The notes: generated by a model from the letters alone, not told the origin. DNA of 64,000 bases from Bdellovibrionota bacterium (GCA_041740355.1 JBGSMD010000051.1:140487-204486), one strand, 5' to 3'; counted from the first letter of the stretch, positions 19,953-30,662 are shown. Made by a program: numbers and translations.

Positions 19953-21381
19953 GTGCTTTGATAATGAACCTACTAAAACTTGTGCTGACTGTTCCGGCTG
20001 TGACGAGCGTCGAACATTACACCAAATTCTAAATCATCTGGAACCTCAGGCTCCTCGCTACACTAGCTACCCTCCGGCAAACTTCTTGCAGGATGGTTTT
20101 TCCGAATCTAACTGGCATAATATTTTAACTAATGACTTAGATCTTAATAATTTAAGACAGAAGAATAAGTTCTCTCTTTATGTACATTTACCTTTTTGTG
20201 AATCACTATGCTTTTTCTGTGCCTGTAACCGAGTTATCACAAAAAATAAAGCAGTTACGGTACCCTACCTAAGTGCTTTAAGCACACAAATTAAACAGTA
20301 CTCAAAATTGATCAACGGAAGAGCTAGCTTAAACCAACTTCATTTTGGCGGCGGCACTCCTAATTATCTCTCACCAGAACAACTTAAAAATTTAATCTTA
20401 GAAATAAAAGCTAATTTTAAGTTAGCACCAGAATTTGAATTTTCTATTGAACTAGATCCAAGAACCTGTACTGATGAACATCTAAGAACTCTCTCAGAGC
20501 TTTCTTGTTCTAGAGTAAGTCTCGGGGTTCAAGATTTTAATCCTAAAGTACAAAAAGCGGTTAATCGCATTCAAAGTTTTGAGCTGACTAAAAATTTTGT
20601 TGATAAGGTTCGAGAAACTAAAATCCCTTCGATTGGATTTGATTTAATTTATGGATTGCCCGAACAAACAAGAGAAACGTTTGCGGAAACCATGAAGCAA
20701 GTATTAGAGATAAAACCAAATCGAGTTGCTGTATATGGCTACGCTCACGTACCGGGGCAAGCTCAAGCGCAAAAAAAATTAGCTATTCTTGATTTACCTG
20801 AAAACCACGAACGATTAGACCTATTTCTTGATGCTGTTCATTTCTTTTCAGATCATGGTTACAAGTATTTAGGCCTCGATCATTTTGTACTTGAAAACGA
20901 TCCGCTTTGGAATGCTTATCAGAAGAATACAATTACCCGCAGTTTTATGGGCTACAATGATGGCCTAGACGTTCCAGTTATTGGTTTAGGGGCAAGTGCC
21001 ATTTCCATCTTTCCTTCGGCGCTGGTGCAAAATATCAAGGACGTTACGCTATATGAAGAAGCAGTCAGTAATGGCCAGATGGCAATTAATAAAGGAATTA
21101 TTCTAAATGAAACAGACCTAGTTGTCAGGAGTTTAATCCGTGATTTATTAAGCATGGGTCAGGTTAAACTGGAAAAATATCGGCACTCACTTTCTACAGA
21201 AATCTTGATTGATGCTAACCTTGATATAATCAAGAATTTTCAGAAACTAGGTTTAATTGAACTAGAAAAAGCCGGATTTAAATTAACATTCTATGGACAG
21301 ATTTTTGCAAGGGCGATTGCTAAGACTTTTGATTATCGAACTGTCGCAAATCCACCTACAGTTTCAACGGCTTTAATTTAA
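19951..21381 (+). CDS. hemN: Oxygen-independent coproporphyrinogen III oxidase (likely start ATG 19951)
   Basis: PRYTSYP, SLYVHLPFCESLCFFCAC radical-SAM motif, HFGGGTP, DLIYGLP, GLDHF. Confidence 0.95.
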   Translation: MCFDNEPTKTCADCSGCDERRTLHQILNHLEPQAPRYTSYPPANFLQDGFSESNWHNILTNDLDLNNLRQKNKFSLYVHLPFCESLCFFCACNRVITKNKAVTVPYLSALSTQIKQYSKLINGRASLNQLHFGGGTPNYLSPEQLKNLILEIKANFKLAPEFEFSIELDPRTCTDEHLRTLSELSCSRVSLGVQDFNPKVQKAVNRIQSFELTKNFVDKVRETKIPSIGFDLIYGLPEQTRETFAETMKQVLEIKPNRVAVYGYAHVPGQAQAQKKLAILDLPENHERLDLFLDAVHFFSDHGYKYLGLDHFVLENDPLWNAYQKNTITRSFMGYNDGLDVPVIGLGASAISIFPSALVQNIKDVTLYEEAVSNGQMAINKGIILNETDLVVRSLIRDLLSMGQVKLEKYRHSLSTEILIDANLDIIKNFQKLGLIELEKAGFKLTFYGQIFARAIAKTFDYRTVANPPTVSTALI

Positions 21382-22751
21382 CCTGGCCCTAATAAAGTTA
21401 CTTCGAGTCGTTTTTTGAGGCCTTTGGTATTTGTAATTTCGACTAGGGCATTCTTTTTTCCTTTAATTAAAAGTTTCTCTGGAAAACTAATAAACAAAGG
21501 TACGTTTTGAAAACTTTCACTTGGAACGGGAAAAGGATTAATCGGAACGACTAAGTTAGCTTCCTTCGGTTCCAGTAAAGTAATTTTAAAATCTAATACT
21601 TCGCGAGTCTTATTTTCAAGGTGTACTTCCAATTGATTTCTTAAAATTCCTGGAGAGCTTTGCTGGTAGAGTTCCTGAGTTTTAGCATGAAAAATAGATG
21701 CTTCACTAAAAGTACGATTAGTTAGTTGATATAAAAAAGTTGATCCCAGAAGTAATAGTACGCAGGCATAAAGATAAGTCCGAGGACGCAAAAAATTAAC
21801 CACGTCAGTTTTCAAACTTTCCTCAGTCGCATATTTTATTAATCCAAGTGGCCGTTCTAATTTTGCCATCACAGAATTACAAGCATCAATACAAGAAGCA
21901 CAATGAATACACTCTAATTGCAAGCCATTACGAATATCAATTCCTGTTGGACAGACTCGAACACACATCCCACAATCAATACAATCACCTGTTACCTGAC
22001 CAGCTTTTCCCCTTGGTTCTCCACGCTTAGAATTATAACCTACTATTAGCGAGTGTTCATCTAATAGTACTGATTGAAAACGTGCATAAGGACAAAGAAC
22101 AGTACAAAACTGCTCTCGAAACCAACCAAATTCAAATAACACCACTCCCATCATAAAAATTGAGGCGATAAATACCGAAAGATTATTACTTGGTGCCTCC
22201 GTCATCATCTGGAGAAGTGGCTCTCTGCCAATAAAATATGCTAGGAATGTATTTGCTAAGAACCAAGAGATTGCGACATAGACTAAATATTTAATTATTT
22301 TCCTGGAGATTTTATTTTTATTCCACGGTCCACGGTCTAGTTTTTGACGGGCTGCATGACTTCCTTCAATTAAGCGTTCGATAGGACGAAATAAAAACTC
22401 CAAGAATACAGTTTGCGGACAAGCCCAACCACACCAAACTCGTCCAAATAATGAGGTGAAAAAGAAAAGACTAATTCCGAGGGATGCCAGAACCAAAAAT
22501 AAAAATTTTGTATCTGTCGCCCAGAACGTATTTCCAAAAAAAGTGAAACGGCGATGAACAATGTCTAAATGAACAGCTTGCAGACCGTCAACAGAAATCC
22601 AAGGCAGGCTGCAATAAATTAAAAGCAAAGCAAAGGCTACTAAATTTCTGCTTTTTCTAAAAAAACCTGGAACAATCTGGGGATAAACCCAGTTACGATC
22701 TCCTTTTGAATTTATAGTATATAAAGTTTCTCGGTAATCCTGCTTACTCAT
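21378..22751 (-). CDS. ccoG: cbb3 oxidase accessory ferredoxin-like protein
   Basis: GRVWCGWACPQT, REQFCTVLCPY, CIDCGMCVRVCPTGIDIRNG, CIHCASCIDAC. Confidence 0.96.
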   Translation of the reverse strand: MSKQDYRETLYTINSKGDRNWVYPQIVPGFFRKSRNLVAFALLLIYCSLPWISVDGLQAVHLDIVHRRFTFFGNTFWATDTKFLFLVLASLGISLFFFTSLFGRVWCGWACPQTVFLEFLFRPIERLIEGSHAARQKLDRGPWNKNKISRKIIKYLVYVAISWFLANTFLAYFIGREPLLQMMTEAPSNNLSVFIASIFMMGVVLFEFGWFREQFCTVLCPYARFQSVLLDEHSLIVGYNSKRGEPRGKAGQVTGDCIDCGMCVRVCPTGIDIRNGLQLECIHCASCIDACNSVMAKLERPLGLIKYATEESLKTDVVNFLRPRTYLYACVLLLLGSTFLYQLTNRTFSEASIFHAKTQELYQQSSPGILRNQLEVHLENKTREVLDFKITLLEPKEANLVVPINPFPVPSESFQNVPLFISFPEKLLIKGKKNALVEITNTKGLKKRLEVTLLGPG

Positions 22752-23322
22752 TGATAAATTTTTCTCCTTCGGGAGCTTTTGGATTTGTTGGATTCGTCCC
22801 TACGATTGAACGGATATAAAGAGAAACATTAGTAATTTCATCATCAGTAATTAAACCTTTCCAACTTAACATCCCCTTATCAAGAACGCCGACTTCAATA
22901 ACATTACGAATATCTGTTATATTTCCACCATGTATCCAATGATCATCTGTTAAATTTGGTCCAACAACCCCTTCTCCATTTGCACCATGACAAGGGCTAC
23001 ACTTAGCAATGAATACTTCCTTACCAAAATTGATTTTTGCTTGATCAGAAAGCATGGCTATTAATGTATTTTCATCTAATTGAACCTTTTCAACTTGCTT
23101 TGGTTTCATCTCCTCAATCTGAGCTAAAGAATCTGCTAGTCTTTTCTCTGAACTTGGAATGACTCCAATTAAAAAAAGACCATAGTAAACAAAAGCGAAT
23201 ACGATGGTAAGATATAGTAAGTATACCCACCAACGAGGCAAGTCATTGTCATACTCTTGAATACCATCGTAATTACTACTTAATAAATCATCTTGTTTTT
23301 TCTGTTCTTTCTGTTCTTTCAT
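22744..23322 (-). CDS. ccoP: cbb3-type cytochrome c oxidase subunit III (monoheme)
   Basis: YDGIQEYDNDLPRWW, single CSPCH, GPNLTDDHWIHGG. Confidence 0.93.
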   Translation of the reverse strand: MKEQKEQKKQDDLLSSNYDGIQEYDNDLPRWWVYLLYLTIVFAFVYYGLFLIGVIPSSEKRLADSLAQIEEMKPKQVEKVQLDENTLIAMLSDQAKINFGKEVFIAKCSPCHGANGEGVVGPNLTDDHWIHGGNITDIRNVIEVGVLDKGMLSWKGLITDDEITNVSLYIRSIVGTNPTNPKAPEGEKFINE

Positions 23323-23327
23323 TGTTA

Positions 23328-23483
23328 TTAATCCTCCAATGGTAATCTAGCAGAAGCTTCTTGGCTCTTACGGCGACTTGGAAGGTAAACCCAAATTACA
23401 AGCGCCATAAAGCAAACACAAAAAATTACGGCGGAAATTTCTGACCAAAAGGATGGATCAAATTTCATAATTAATTGTCTCAT
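23328..23483 (-). CDS. ccoQ: cbb3 oxidase small subunit (51 aa, missing from the ORF track)
   Basis: Reads [51 protein letters not shown]; ATGA overlap with the ccoNO stop; single TM plus LPLED ending. Confidence 0.88.
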   Translation of the reverse strand: MRQLIMKFDPSFWSEISAVIFCVCFMALVIWVYLPSRRKSQEASARLPLED

Positions 23484-25642
23484 TTTAGCTCCTTACTTTT
23501 TTTATAATCAGCGCCAAGTCTTTGCATGTAAGCAATCATGGCAATGATCTCCTTACGAGCTAAGTTCTTATTCTCTGGTACTCCTTGCTTAAATAACTCT
23601 TGAGTAATTTCTTCTGCTTGCTTTGCCCGATTTTCGTCCGCATTAAAGATTTCATCTTCGCTGTAAGGTGTTCCAAGCTTACTTAAAACTTGCATTTTTT
23701 TCCTAGTTTGTGTCGTATTAAGGCTATCCTTATATAACCATGGATAGGCTGGCATAATCGAACCAGGAGAAGTTGATCTAGGATCCATCATGTGACGAAA
23801 GTGCCAAAGGTGTGGATACTTACCACCCACTCTTTGTAAGTCCGGTCCCGTTCTTTTTGAACCAAACTGGAATGGATGGTCATAAATAGTTTCACCGGCC
23901 TTAGTACTATCACCATAACGAAGAATCTCTTCCGGAAGCGTTCTGATCATTTGAGAATGACAGTTATAACAGCCCTCTCTGACATAGATATCGCGCCCTT
24001 CTAATTCTAATGGAGTGTATGGCTTCACAGTTGGAATCGCCACAACATTACTTTGAACCGCAATCATCGGAACAATTTCCAAAATACTTCCAACAAGAAT
24101 GGAAACTAATGCTAGTACACTAAATAGAGCAGCTTTTCCTTCAAGCTTGTAATGCCAACCACGATTCGCTAAATTTTCTTCCTTAGCTAGCTTATAACTA
24201 ACAGGAACTTGAACTGGCACATCACTTAAATCTAACTTTTCAGCTCGAGCACTGGCAATTGTTTTCCAAACATTGAAAATCATAATTACCAGACCGGCGA
24301 CGTACATTAATCCACCAATAAATCTAATCCAGTAAAAAGGCACTAAGCGCAGCACTGTCTCTAGGAAATCAGGATATTGTAAAGTTCCGTCAACTTTTAA
24401 TTCTCTCCACATTAATCCTTGAGTCACCCCTGCCGTCCACATCGATGTGATGTAAAGAACAATTCCCACAGTAGCAATCCAAAAGTGGATTACCATTAAT
24501 TTTTTACTCCAGATTTCTTTCTTCCAAAGAAGTGGAAGCAGATAATAAATCATCCCAAAAGTAATAAATCCATTCCAGCCGAGCGCCCCGCTATGAACGT
24601 GCGCGATAGTCCAGTCAGTATAATGGGAAAGGGCATTGACGGAACGAATCGACATCATCGGCCCTTCAAATGTTGACATCCCATAGAAGGTAATTCCGGC
24701 AATCATAAATTTTAAGATCGCATCAGTCCTAACTTTATCCCAAGCACCACGGAGAGTTAATAATCCGTTAATCATCCCACCCCAAGAAGGAGCTAATAAC
24801 ATAATCGAGAAAACCACTCCCATTGCTTGAGCCCAGTCAGGCAAGGAGGTATTTAATAAATGGTGTGGTCCAGCCCAGATATATAGAAAAACTAAGGACC
24901 AGAAGTGAACGATCGAAAGACGATAGGAATAGATTGGACGCTCACAAATCTTAGGTACGAAATAATACATTAAACCAAGAAATGGAGTTGTTAGAAAAAA
25001 TGCTACGGCATTATGTCCGTACCACCACTGAATTAAAGCATCCTGAACTCCAGAGAATGCCGTGTAACTCTTAAGTAGCGAAACTGGTAAGCCTAGTGAA
25101 TTAAAAAGATGGAGCACAGCAACGGTGATAACAGTAGCGATATAGAACCAAATCGCTACATAAATATGCTTTTCACGGCGACGGGCGATAGTCCCAAACA
25201 AGTTTAATCCAAAGATAACCCAAATAGCTGTAATCAAAAGATCTATTGGCCACTCAAGTTCAGCGTATTCTTTAGAAACTGAAATACCAAGTGGCAGTGT
25301 AATAGCAGCCAAGACGATAACTAATTGCCATCCCCAAAAGTGGGTTTTACTTAGCAAGTCACTAAACATCCTTGCTTTCAGTAGCCTTTGTGTTGAGAAG
25401 TAAATTCCAGCAAAAATTGCATTGCCAGCAAAGGCAAAAATTACAGCGTTGGTGTGAAGAGGACGAAGTCGTCCAAAAGTGAACCAAGGTAAGCCTGTAT
25501 TTGCTGGCCACCAAGCAAGCTGCAAGGCGATAACTAATCCAACAAGCATTCCAATTAAGCCCCAAAGTAAGGTAGCAATTACGAATTTTCTGACAATTGC
25601 ATCATCATAAGAGATGATTTCAGTAGAATTTTTCTGTTCCAT
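23480..25642 (-). CDS. ccoNO: Fused cbb3-type cytochrome c oxidase subunits I/II
   Basis: [26 protein letters not shown]; CcoO part [21 protein letters not shown]. Confidence 0.97.
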   Translation of the reverse strand: MEQKNSTEIISYDDAIVRKFVIATLLWGLIGMLVGLVIALQLAWWPANTGLPWFTFGRLRPLHTNAVIFAFAGNAIFAGIYFSTQRLLKARMFSDLLSKTHFWGWQLVIVLAAITLPLGISVSKEYAELEWPIDLLITAIWVIFGLNLFGTIARRREKHIYVAIWFYIATVITVAVLHLFNSLGLPVSLLKSYTAFSGVQDALIQWWYGHNAVAFFLTTPFLGLMYYFVPKICERPIYSYRLSIVHFWSLVFLYIWAGPHHLLNTSLPDWAQAMGVVFSIMLLAPSWGGMINGLLTLRGAWDKVRTDAILKFMIAGITFYGMSTFEGPMMSIRSVNALSHYTDWTIAHVHSGALGWNGFITFGMIYYLLPLLWKKEIWSKKLMVIHFWIATVGIVLYITSMWTAGVTQGLMWRELKVDGTLQYPDFLETVLRLVPFYWIRFIGGLMYVAGLVIMIFNVWKTIASARAEKLDLSDVPVQVPVSYKLAKEENLANRGWHYKLEGKAALFSVLALVSILVGSILEIVPMIAVQSNVVAIPTVKPYTPLELEGRDIYVREGCYNCHSQMIRTLPEEILRYGDSTKAGETIYDHPFQFGSKRTGPDLQRVGGKYPHLWHFRHMMDPRSTSPGSIMPAYPWLYKDSLNTTQTRKKMQVLSKLGTPYSEDEIFNADENRAKQAEEITQELFKQGVPENKNLARKEIIAMIAYMQRLGADYKKSKELK

Positions 25643-25677
25643 AGTTTTTTTGATAGAGTTCTATTAGTGCTAATCTT

Positions 25678-25697
25678 AATAGATACATTTGTCTATA
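25678..25697. promoter_or_regulatory. Putative Rrf2 operator site 2 (ccoNO/rrf2 divergent region)
   Basis: AATAGAT-ACATTT-GTCTATA, about 35 nt upstream of ccoNO. Confidence 0.7.
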
Positions 25698-25853
25698 GAT
25701 TTATCAATTCTACAAAAAATATGCAATCCCGTAAGCTAATCAAAAACTTGAAATTTAGATAAATTTTGCCGATGATTTCTTGGTCTGCAAGTAGAGGTAT
25801 TTTCGATAAAATCGAACGTGTACAGAGAAGATTTTTTATTCTAATATATCTAA

Positions 25854-26297
25854 ATGATTATTTCCCAAACTGCTGAATACGCCCTAAGAGCTGCTGCTTG
25901 TATTGCTGTTCATGGTGACTCTGGACCAGTAAGGGCCAAAGATTTAAGTATCGAAGCTACAATCCCTCAGACCTATCTATCCAAAATCCTTAGAAAACTT
26001 GTCGAGGCAGAACTTCTAATTGCAACCAAAGGACATAATGGTGGTTTTACTTTAGCCAGGAATGCAAAAAAAATATGGATTATCGATATCCTTAATGCCG
26101 TTGAACCACAAATGACACCAAGACAATGTATTTTTGGGTGGCGCGCTTGTAATAGCAAGAAACCTTGCCTACTTCATCATCGATGGGCTGAAGTTAGAAA
26201 TTCTTTTGACCACTGGATTAAATCAACTTCTTTAGAAGATATTAAACTTGATGCCAAGAAAGTATCTTGGCTGACAAACTTCCAAAAACCAGAATAA
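25854..26297 (+). CDS. Rrf2-family transcriptional regulator with three Cys (putative Fe-S)
   Basis: SQTAEYALRA, YLSKIL, KGHNGGFTLA, CIFGWRACNSKKPCLLH. Confidence 0.93.
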   Translation: MIISQTAEYALRAAACIAVHGDSGPVRAKDLSIEATIPQTYLSKILRKLVEAELLIATKGHNGGFTLARNAKKIWIIDILNAVEPQMTPRQCIFGWRACNSKKPCLLHHRWAEVRNSFDHWIKSTSLEDIKLDAKKVSWLTNFQKPE

Positions 26298-26318
26298 TAT
26301 TAGTAAATAGCAGTTAAT

Positions 26319-26996
26319 TTATTTTGTTTGATGATGAGGACAACTTCCACCAGCTTTCTGACTCTGAATATGCATAGTTAAGGAATACGCTCCGGCAGTA
26401 ATCATTAATATCGCCATTATACTTGGGGCATATTGTTTCAAAGGACTTGTTAGTAATCGAGATACTCCTACAAGAGAGATCAAAACAGGGAGAGTCCCTA
26501 ACCAAAAAAAGAACATTGTTAGTAATCCGCCGACAAGTGTTCCCGTTCCGGCGGCAACAGTTAAATAAGTATAAAGCCAAGCACAAGGAAGAAATGAAGA
26601 AAAAAATCCCAGGCAAAGTGCAAAAATTATTTGGTAAGATCTAAATTTTAAAACTTTCTTTTGAAGAGGCGCAATTAAACGGTAAGGAATTAATTTTATA
26701 GTTTTTATGCGCAAACTAGAAAACATCAGTAATCCAGTAATAATCAATAAGGCACTTGTTAAGTATGTAGCTATTTGATGAATTCCATAGGCCTCACCTA
26801 GATTATTAATCATTTTCCCAATAAAAATGGCCAAACTACCGAGAAACAAGTAGGCTAACAATCTTCCCAAATGATAAAAAATCTGGCTTTTGATTGGGGA
26901 GGATTGCTGAGCGCAATTTAAAGCGAAGCCTCCACACATCCCGGCACAATGAAGACTTCCTAAAAAACTAGCAAAGAGGACTAAAATAAATGACAT
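26319..26996 (-). CDS. DsbD_2/TauE-like membrane protein of cbb3 assembly loci
   Basis: GSLHCAGMCGG, YHLGR, FLPC, FWLGTLP. Confidence 0.88.
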   Translation of the reverse strand: MSFILVLFASFLGSLHCAGMCGGFALNCAQQSSPIKSQIFYHLGRLLAYLFLGSLAIFIGKMINNLGEAYGIHQIATYLTSALLIITGLLMFSSLRIKTIKLIPYRLIAPLQKKVLKFRSYQIIFALCLGFFSSFLPCAWLYTYLTVAAGTGTLVGGLLTMFFFWLGTLPVLISLVGVSRLLTSPLKQYAPSIMAILMITAGAYSLTMHIQSQKAGGSCPHHQTK

Positions 26997-27004
26997 GAAA
27001 TCTC

Positions 27005-27024
27005 AATAGACAATCTTATCAATT
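27005..27024. promoter_or_regulatory. Putative Rrf2 operator site 3 (between the divergent DsbD_2-like gene and ccoI)
   Basis: AATAGAC-AATCTT-ATCAATT, one mismatch to consensus. Confidence 0.6.
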
Positions 27025-27048
27025 AATATACACTAAGGGTATTAAGAA

Positions 27049-29457
27049 ATGCAAGAAGTCACAAATCAACAAATACAATCCTGCTTACACTGCCAAGCAA
27101 ATCTTTTACCAAATCAGGAAAAATTCTGTTGTCGCGGATGTGAGTTTGTATTTAAAACAATTCAGAATCTAGGACTAAATAATTTTTATCAACTTAAAGA
27201 TTTAACCCTTAAGAATACTCCTAATAATCTTGAGCCAGATAAATCTTTTCATTATCTGGAAGACCCCGAATTATCAGCTAAAATATTAAAAACATTTAAT
27301 CACGAACATGTCGAAGTAAATTTCTATTTACCTTCAATTCACTGCTCTGCCTGTATTTGGATCCTAGAGCGCTTACCACAGGTGACTACTGGCATTAAAG
27401 CCCTAAGAGTCAATTTTTCAGAAGCACAAGCGCGAATTGAATATGATCCGACAATCATTACACTTCCCAAACTTGCTAGCCTGCTTCACTCGATCGGCTA
27501 TACACCTGTCCCTGTAGATGACATGGCAATCAAGCGAAAAAATCTGGCCGATAAAAGAAAATCATTAATTCAGATTGGTATCGCGGGACTAGTCGCAGTA
27601 AATACAATGATGCTAAATGATTCTTTAATTGAGGCCAATCTCTCTGGAATGGAAGATTCATATCGAATACTTTTTATGTGGATCTCAGCAATACTAGCTT
27701 TGCCTGTTGTAACTTATTGCGCCCTACCATTTTATCGAACTGCTATTGCCTCACTTGTAGTTGGAACAATTCACCTTGACTTACCCATTTCAATTATCAT
27801 TATTCTGACATATCTAACTGATCTTTCTACTATTATCTCAGGTGGATTAAACATTTATCTTGATTCAATTAGCTGTTTAGTATTTTTACTATTAGGTGCC
27901 AGATACCTTCAACATCAAGCTGTAACTAAAGCCAGACATTCGTCTCAAACAGCTTGGGATCTTTTTCCAGATCAGGTGACAGAATTAATTAATGGTCAAA
28001 CCATAAAAAAAAGAATTCAGGAATTACAAATTAATGATCTGCTCCAAGTATTACCCGGAGAGCGAGTTCCGGCAGATGGAATTGTGATCGATGGTGAATC
28101 CAGTGTAGATCTATCTTTTCTTAATGGCGAATCAATTCCCTTTAAAATTCAGAAAGATTCGGAAGTTTATGGTGGGACACTAAACTTAGATGGATTAATT
28201 ACTGTTAGGATCTTAGCAATCCAGCAACATACTCGACTAGGTAAAATAATTGAACAACTTAAAAATCCAGTCACAGAAAAAACTGAACTGGAAGCAAATC
28301 TTGATTTGATCAGCAGGTATTTTGTAATTGGAGTATTAATTGCAGCGATCCTCACTTTTCTATTTTGGAATTTTGTACTTCCAGATGTTGCTTGGAGTAG
28401 AACAATAGCCTTACTGGTAATTACCTGTCCCTGCGCTTTAGGTTTATCTGTGCCAACTACAATTGCAATTGCCATGAGACAAGCTCATCAAGTGGGACTT
28501 TATATTAAGAATTCGGGGACATTACAGATTTTAAATAAAATTAAGAATTTTTATTTTGATAAAACTGGAACTCTCACCTCGGGAAAACTACAAGTAATTT
28601 CGGCAAATGGTCCTGATAAGTATTATGGTATCTGTCAGCAACTGGCTTGTGCTGCCCCATCGCATCCAATTGCTATAACTCTAAGCAATTACTTGGCTTC
28701 TTACTCTTCAAATCAATTAACAGATCTTAAACTTTATCCTGGGAAAGGTGTCTTTGGTAAGGATCATAGTGACTGCTACTTCCTCGGATCGATTAAGTGG
28801 TTTGATGAATTGAAAATTTCCATACCAATTGAATCACAAGAAATAATATTATTAAACTTAGCAAAAGGATTAAGCATCTCACTTGTCGCCAAAAATAATA
28901 ACTTGGTAATGTGGTTTGTCTTAAGTGACACTGTTCTAGAGGATACGGCTAGTTTCCTCAAGCAACTAGAACAAGATCATAAAAAAATATCAATCCTATC
29001 AGGAGATAATCAGAAAGTTGTTAATCATCTTGCCAGTAGTTTTAATCTTCCTAATTTAATAGCTCTCGGTGATTTATCACATGATCAAAAAGCAGAGATA
29101 ATAAAAAATGACCCTGAGACATCAATTATGATCGGAGATGGAATTAATGATGCCAGTGCATTACAACAGGCTACTCTGGGAATTGGGATTGGGGGTGGCA
29201 TCGAAGCAATCTTAGAATCAGCTGATGTATATGTAGGGCGTCAAGGTTTAAAAGGTATAATTCAGCTATATTACATTGCCGGGCAGGTAAATAAAGTTAT
29301 TAAGCGTAACTTAATCTTTTCTTTTTGCTATAATATTATTGGAGCAGGATTGGCATTCTCTGGATATGTTACCCCATTCATAGCGGCAATTCTGATGCCT
29401 CTTAGTTCGCTGATCGTAATTCTCTCGGCAAGTTTAACAAGATATACTAAATCATAA
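27049..29457 (+). CDS. ccoI: P1B-type Cu-transporting ATPase for cbb3 assembly
   Basis: N-terminal CLHC...FCCRGC, HCSAC HMA, CPCALG, DKTGT, GDGIND. Confidence 0.93.
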   Translation: MQEVTNQQIQSCLHCQANLLPNQEKFCCRGCEFVFKTIQNLGLNNFYQLKDLTLKNTPNNLEPDKSFHYLEDPELSAKILKTFNHEHVEVNFYLPSIHCSACIWILERLPQVTTGIKALRVNFSEAQARIEYDPTIITLPKLASLLHSIGYTPVPVDDMAIKRKNLADKRKSLIQIGIAGLVAVNTMMLNDSLIEANLSGMEDSYRILFMWISAILALPVVTYCALPFYRTAIASLVVGTIHLDLPISIIIILTYLTDLSTIISGGLNIYLDSISCLVFLLLGARYLQHQAVTKARHSSQTAWDLFPDQVTELINGQTIKKRIQELQINDLLQVLPGERVPADGIVIDGESSVDLSFLNGESIPFKIQKDSEVYGGTLNLDGLITVRILAIQQHTRLGKIIEQLKNPVTEKTELEANLDLISRYFVIGVLIAAILTFLFWNFVLPDVAWSRTIALLVITCPCALGLSVPTTIAIAMRQAHQVGLYIKNSGTLQILNKIKNFYFDKTGTLTSGKLQVISANGPDKYYGICQQLACAAPSHPIAITLSNYLASYSSNQLTDLKLYPGKGVFGKDHSDCYFLGSIKWFDELKISIPIESQEIILLNLAKGLSISLVAKNNNLVMWFVLSDTVLEDTASFLKQLEQDHKKISILSGDNQKVVNHLASSFNLPNLIALGDLSHDQKAEIIKNDPETSIMIGDGINDASALQQATLGIGIGGGIEAILESADVYVGRQGLKGIIQLYYIAGQVNKVIKRNLIFSFCYNIIGAGLAFSGYVTPFIAAILMPLSSLIVILSASLTRYTKS

Positions 29458-29463
29458 ATAACA

Positions 29464-29646
29464 ATGGATATTATCTATTTGCTTTTACCAATCTCGATCC
29501 TATTAGCCTTAATTGGCCTCGCTGCTTATATTTGGTCAGTAAAGAATGGACAATTTGATGACCTAGAAACTCCTGCAATTAGAATGCTTTTTGATGATCA
29601 GGAAAAAAAGACAAAAAAAGAGGAAGATGATTCATCTTCCTCCTAA
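29464..29646 (+). CDS. ccoS: cbb3 oxidase maturation protein
   Basis: MDIIYLLLPISI...WSVKNGQFDDLETPAIRML. Confidence 0.93.
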   Translation: MDIIYLLLPISILLALIGLAAYIWSVKNGQFDDLETPAIRMLFDDQEKKTKKEEDDSSSS

Positions 29647-29730
29647 TTTAATTAGCATTTCTTCCCTGCTCTAAAACTATTTCCTACGGATTGTGTAAAT
29701 CGCAGAAAAGTCCTAGCAGAATAATCCTAA

Positions 29731-30597
29731 TTAAAAGCTGTAAATTAAGTCAGAAGTTATTCTCCAATCTGTAATGTAACTGCCACTATCTGTAATTAAT
29801 GGAATTTCGTAAGCTGTACCAAAAGATAGGCTTTCACAGAGCTGAACTCGTGTTCCAAAGGCAGCAGTCATCATAGTTTCACCATCTGATAATGATGAAC
29901 CAAGATTAAAAAAGTCCTGTCCTTCATCCTCTATTGGAAGTCGATCTCCAGCTGAAATAACATGATACATATTAAGTTCTATTAATGGTGAAAAACGACC
30001 AACTTTTGTATCTACGTGCAAGCTAGCATCAAAGAAACTACTGTCAGAATTATCAATTGCAGCTCTAATCCCTGAGTAAGCAATCAAATTAACACGTCCA
30101 AGAGATGTAGCTGCACTGATAAATGGATTAATCACACCATCACCTTTTCCTTGTAGCACTTCACTTTCTCCTAATGGCGCTTCATATCTAAGTCCACCAG
30201 TTGCTATTGAACTGTCAGTTTGCCAAAAAGCATATTTAGCCCCTAGTCCAATATTAGCGAAGCCTGATCCATCCTCTAATAATCCATTAGGACGAAAATT
30301 TACATAGCCATCTTTAGTCGCAATTAATGCCAGCCGATCGTTTAATGCATAACGAACTTGTAAGGCATAGATATCAACCTCTCCACCACCTGTGGCAAAA
30401 TTATCATCGATTCGATGATGCACATAAAGTGGTTTGATATTAGACTGTATTCTAGGATCTTCAAAGTTTACTGGATTTGAGACTGGTGAAGCAATTTCTG
30501 ATAAACCCTCGGCACTAGCAGTTATTCCAACCGTAAATCCAAGCCCAAGTGTAATGACCGAAGCCATTGATGTTAAAAGTATTTTTTTTATATTCAT
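29731..30597 (-). CDS. Putative outer-membrane beta-barrel protein
   Basis: Signal peptide, alternating amphipathic strands, C-terminal YSF barrel signature. Confidence 0.7.
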   Translation of the reverse strand: MNIKKILLTSMASVITLGLGFTVGITASAEGLSEIASPVSNPVNFEDPRIQSNIKPLYVHHRIDDNFATGGGEVDIYALQVRYALNDRLALIATKDGYVNFRPNGLLEDGSGFANIGLGAKYAFWQTDSSIATGGLRYEAPLGESEVLQGKGDGVINPFISAATSLGRVNLIAYSGIRAAIDNSDSSFFDASLHVDTKVGRFSPLIELNMYHVISAGDRLPIEDEGQDFFNLGSSLSDGETMMTAAFGTRVQLCESLSFGTAYEIPLITDSGSYITDWRITSDLIYSF

Positions 30598-30636
30598 ATA
30601 ACTCCTTAAAAATTAGTTACTTAATGGATCTATACG

Positions 30637-30662
30637 ATCAATAGATATATTTGTCTATTGAT
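30637..30662. promoter_or_regulatory. Putative Rrf2 operator site 4 (upstream of the beta-barrel gene)
   Basis: atcAATAGAT-ATATTT-GTCTATTgat. Confidence 0.75.
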
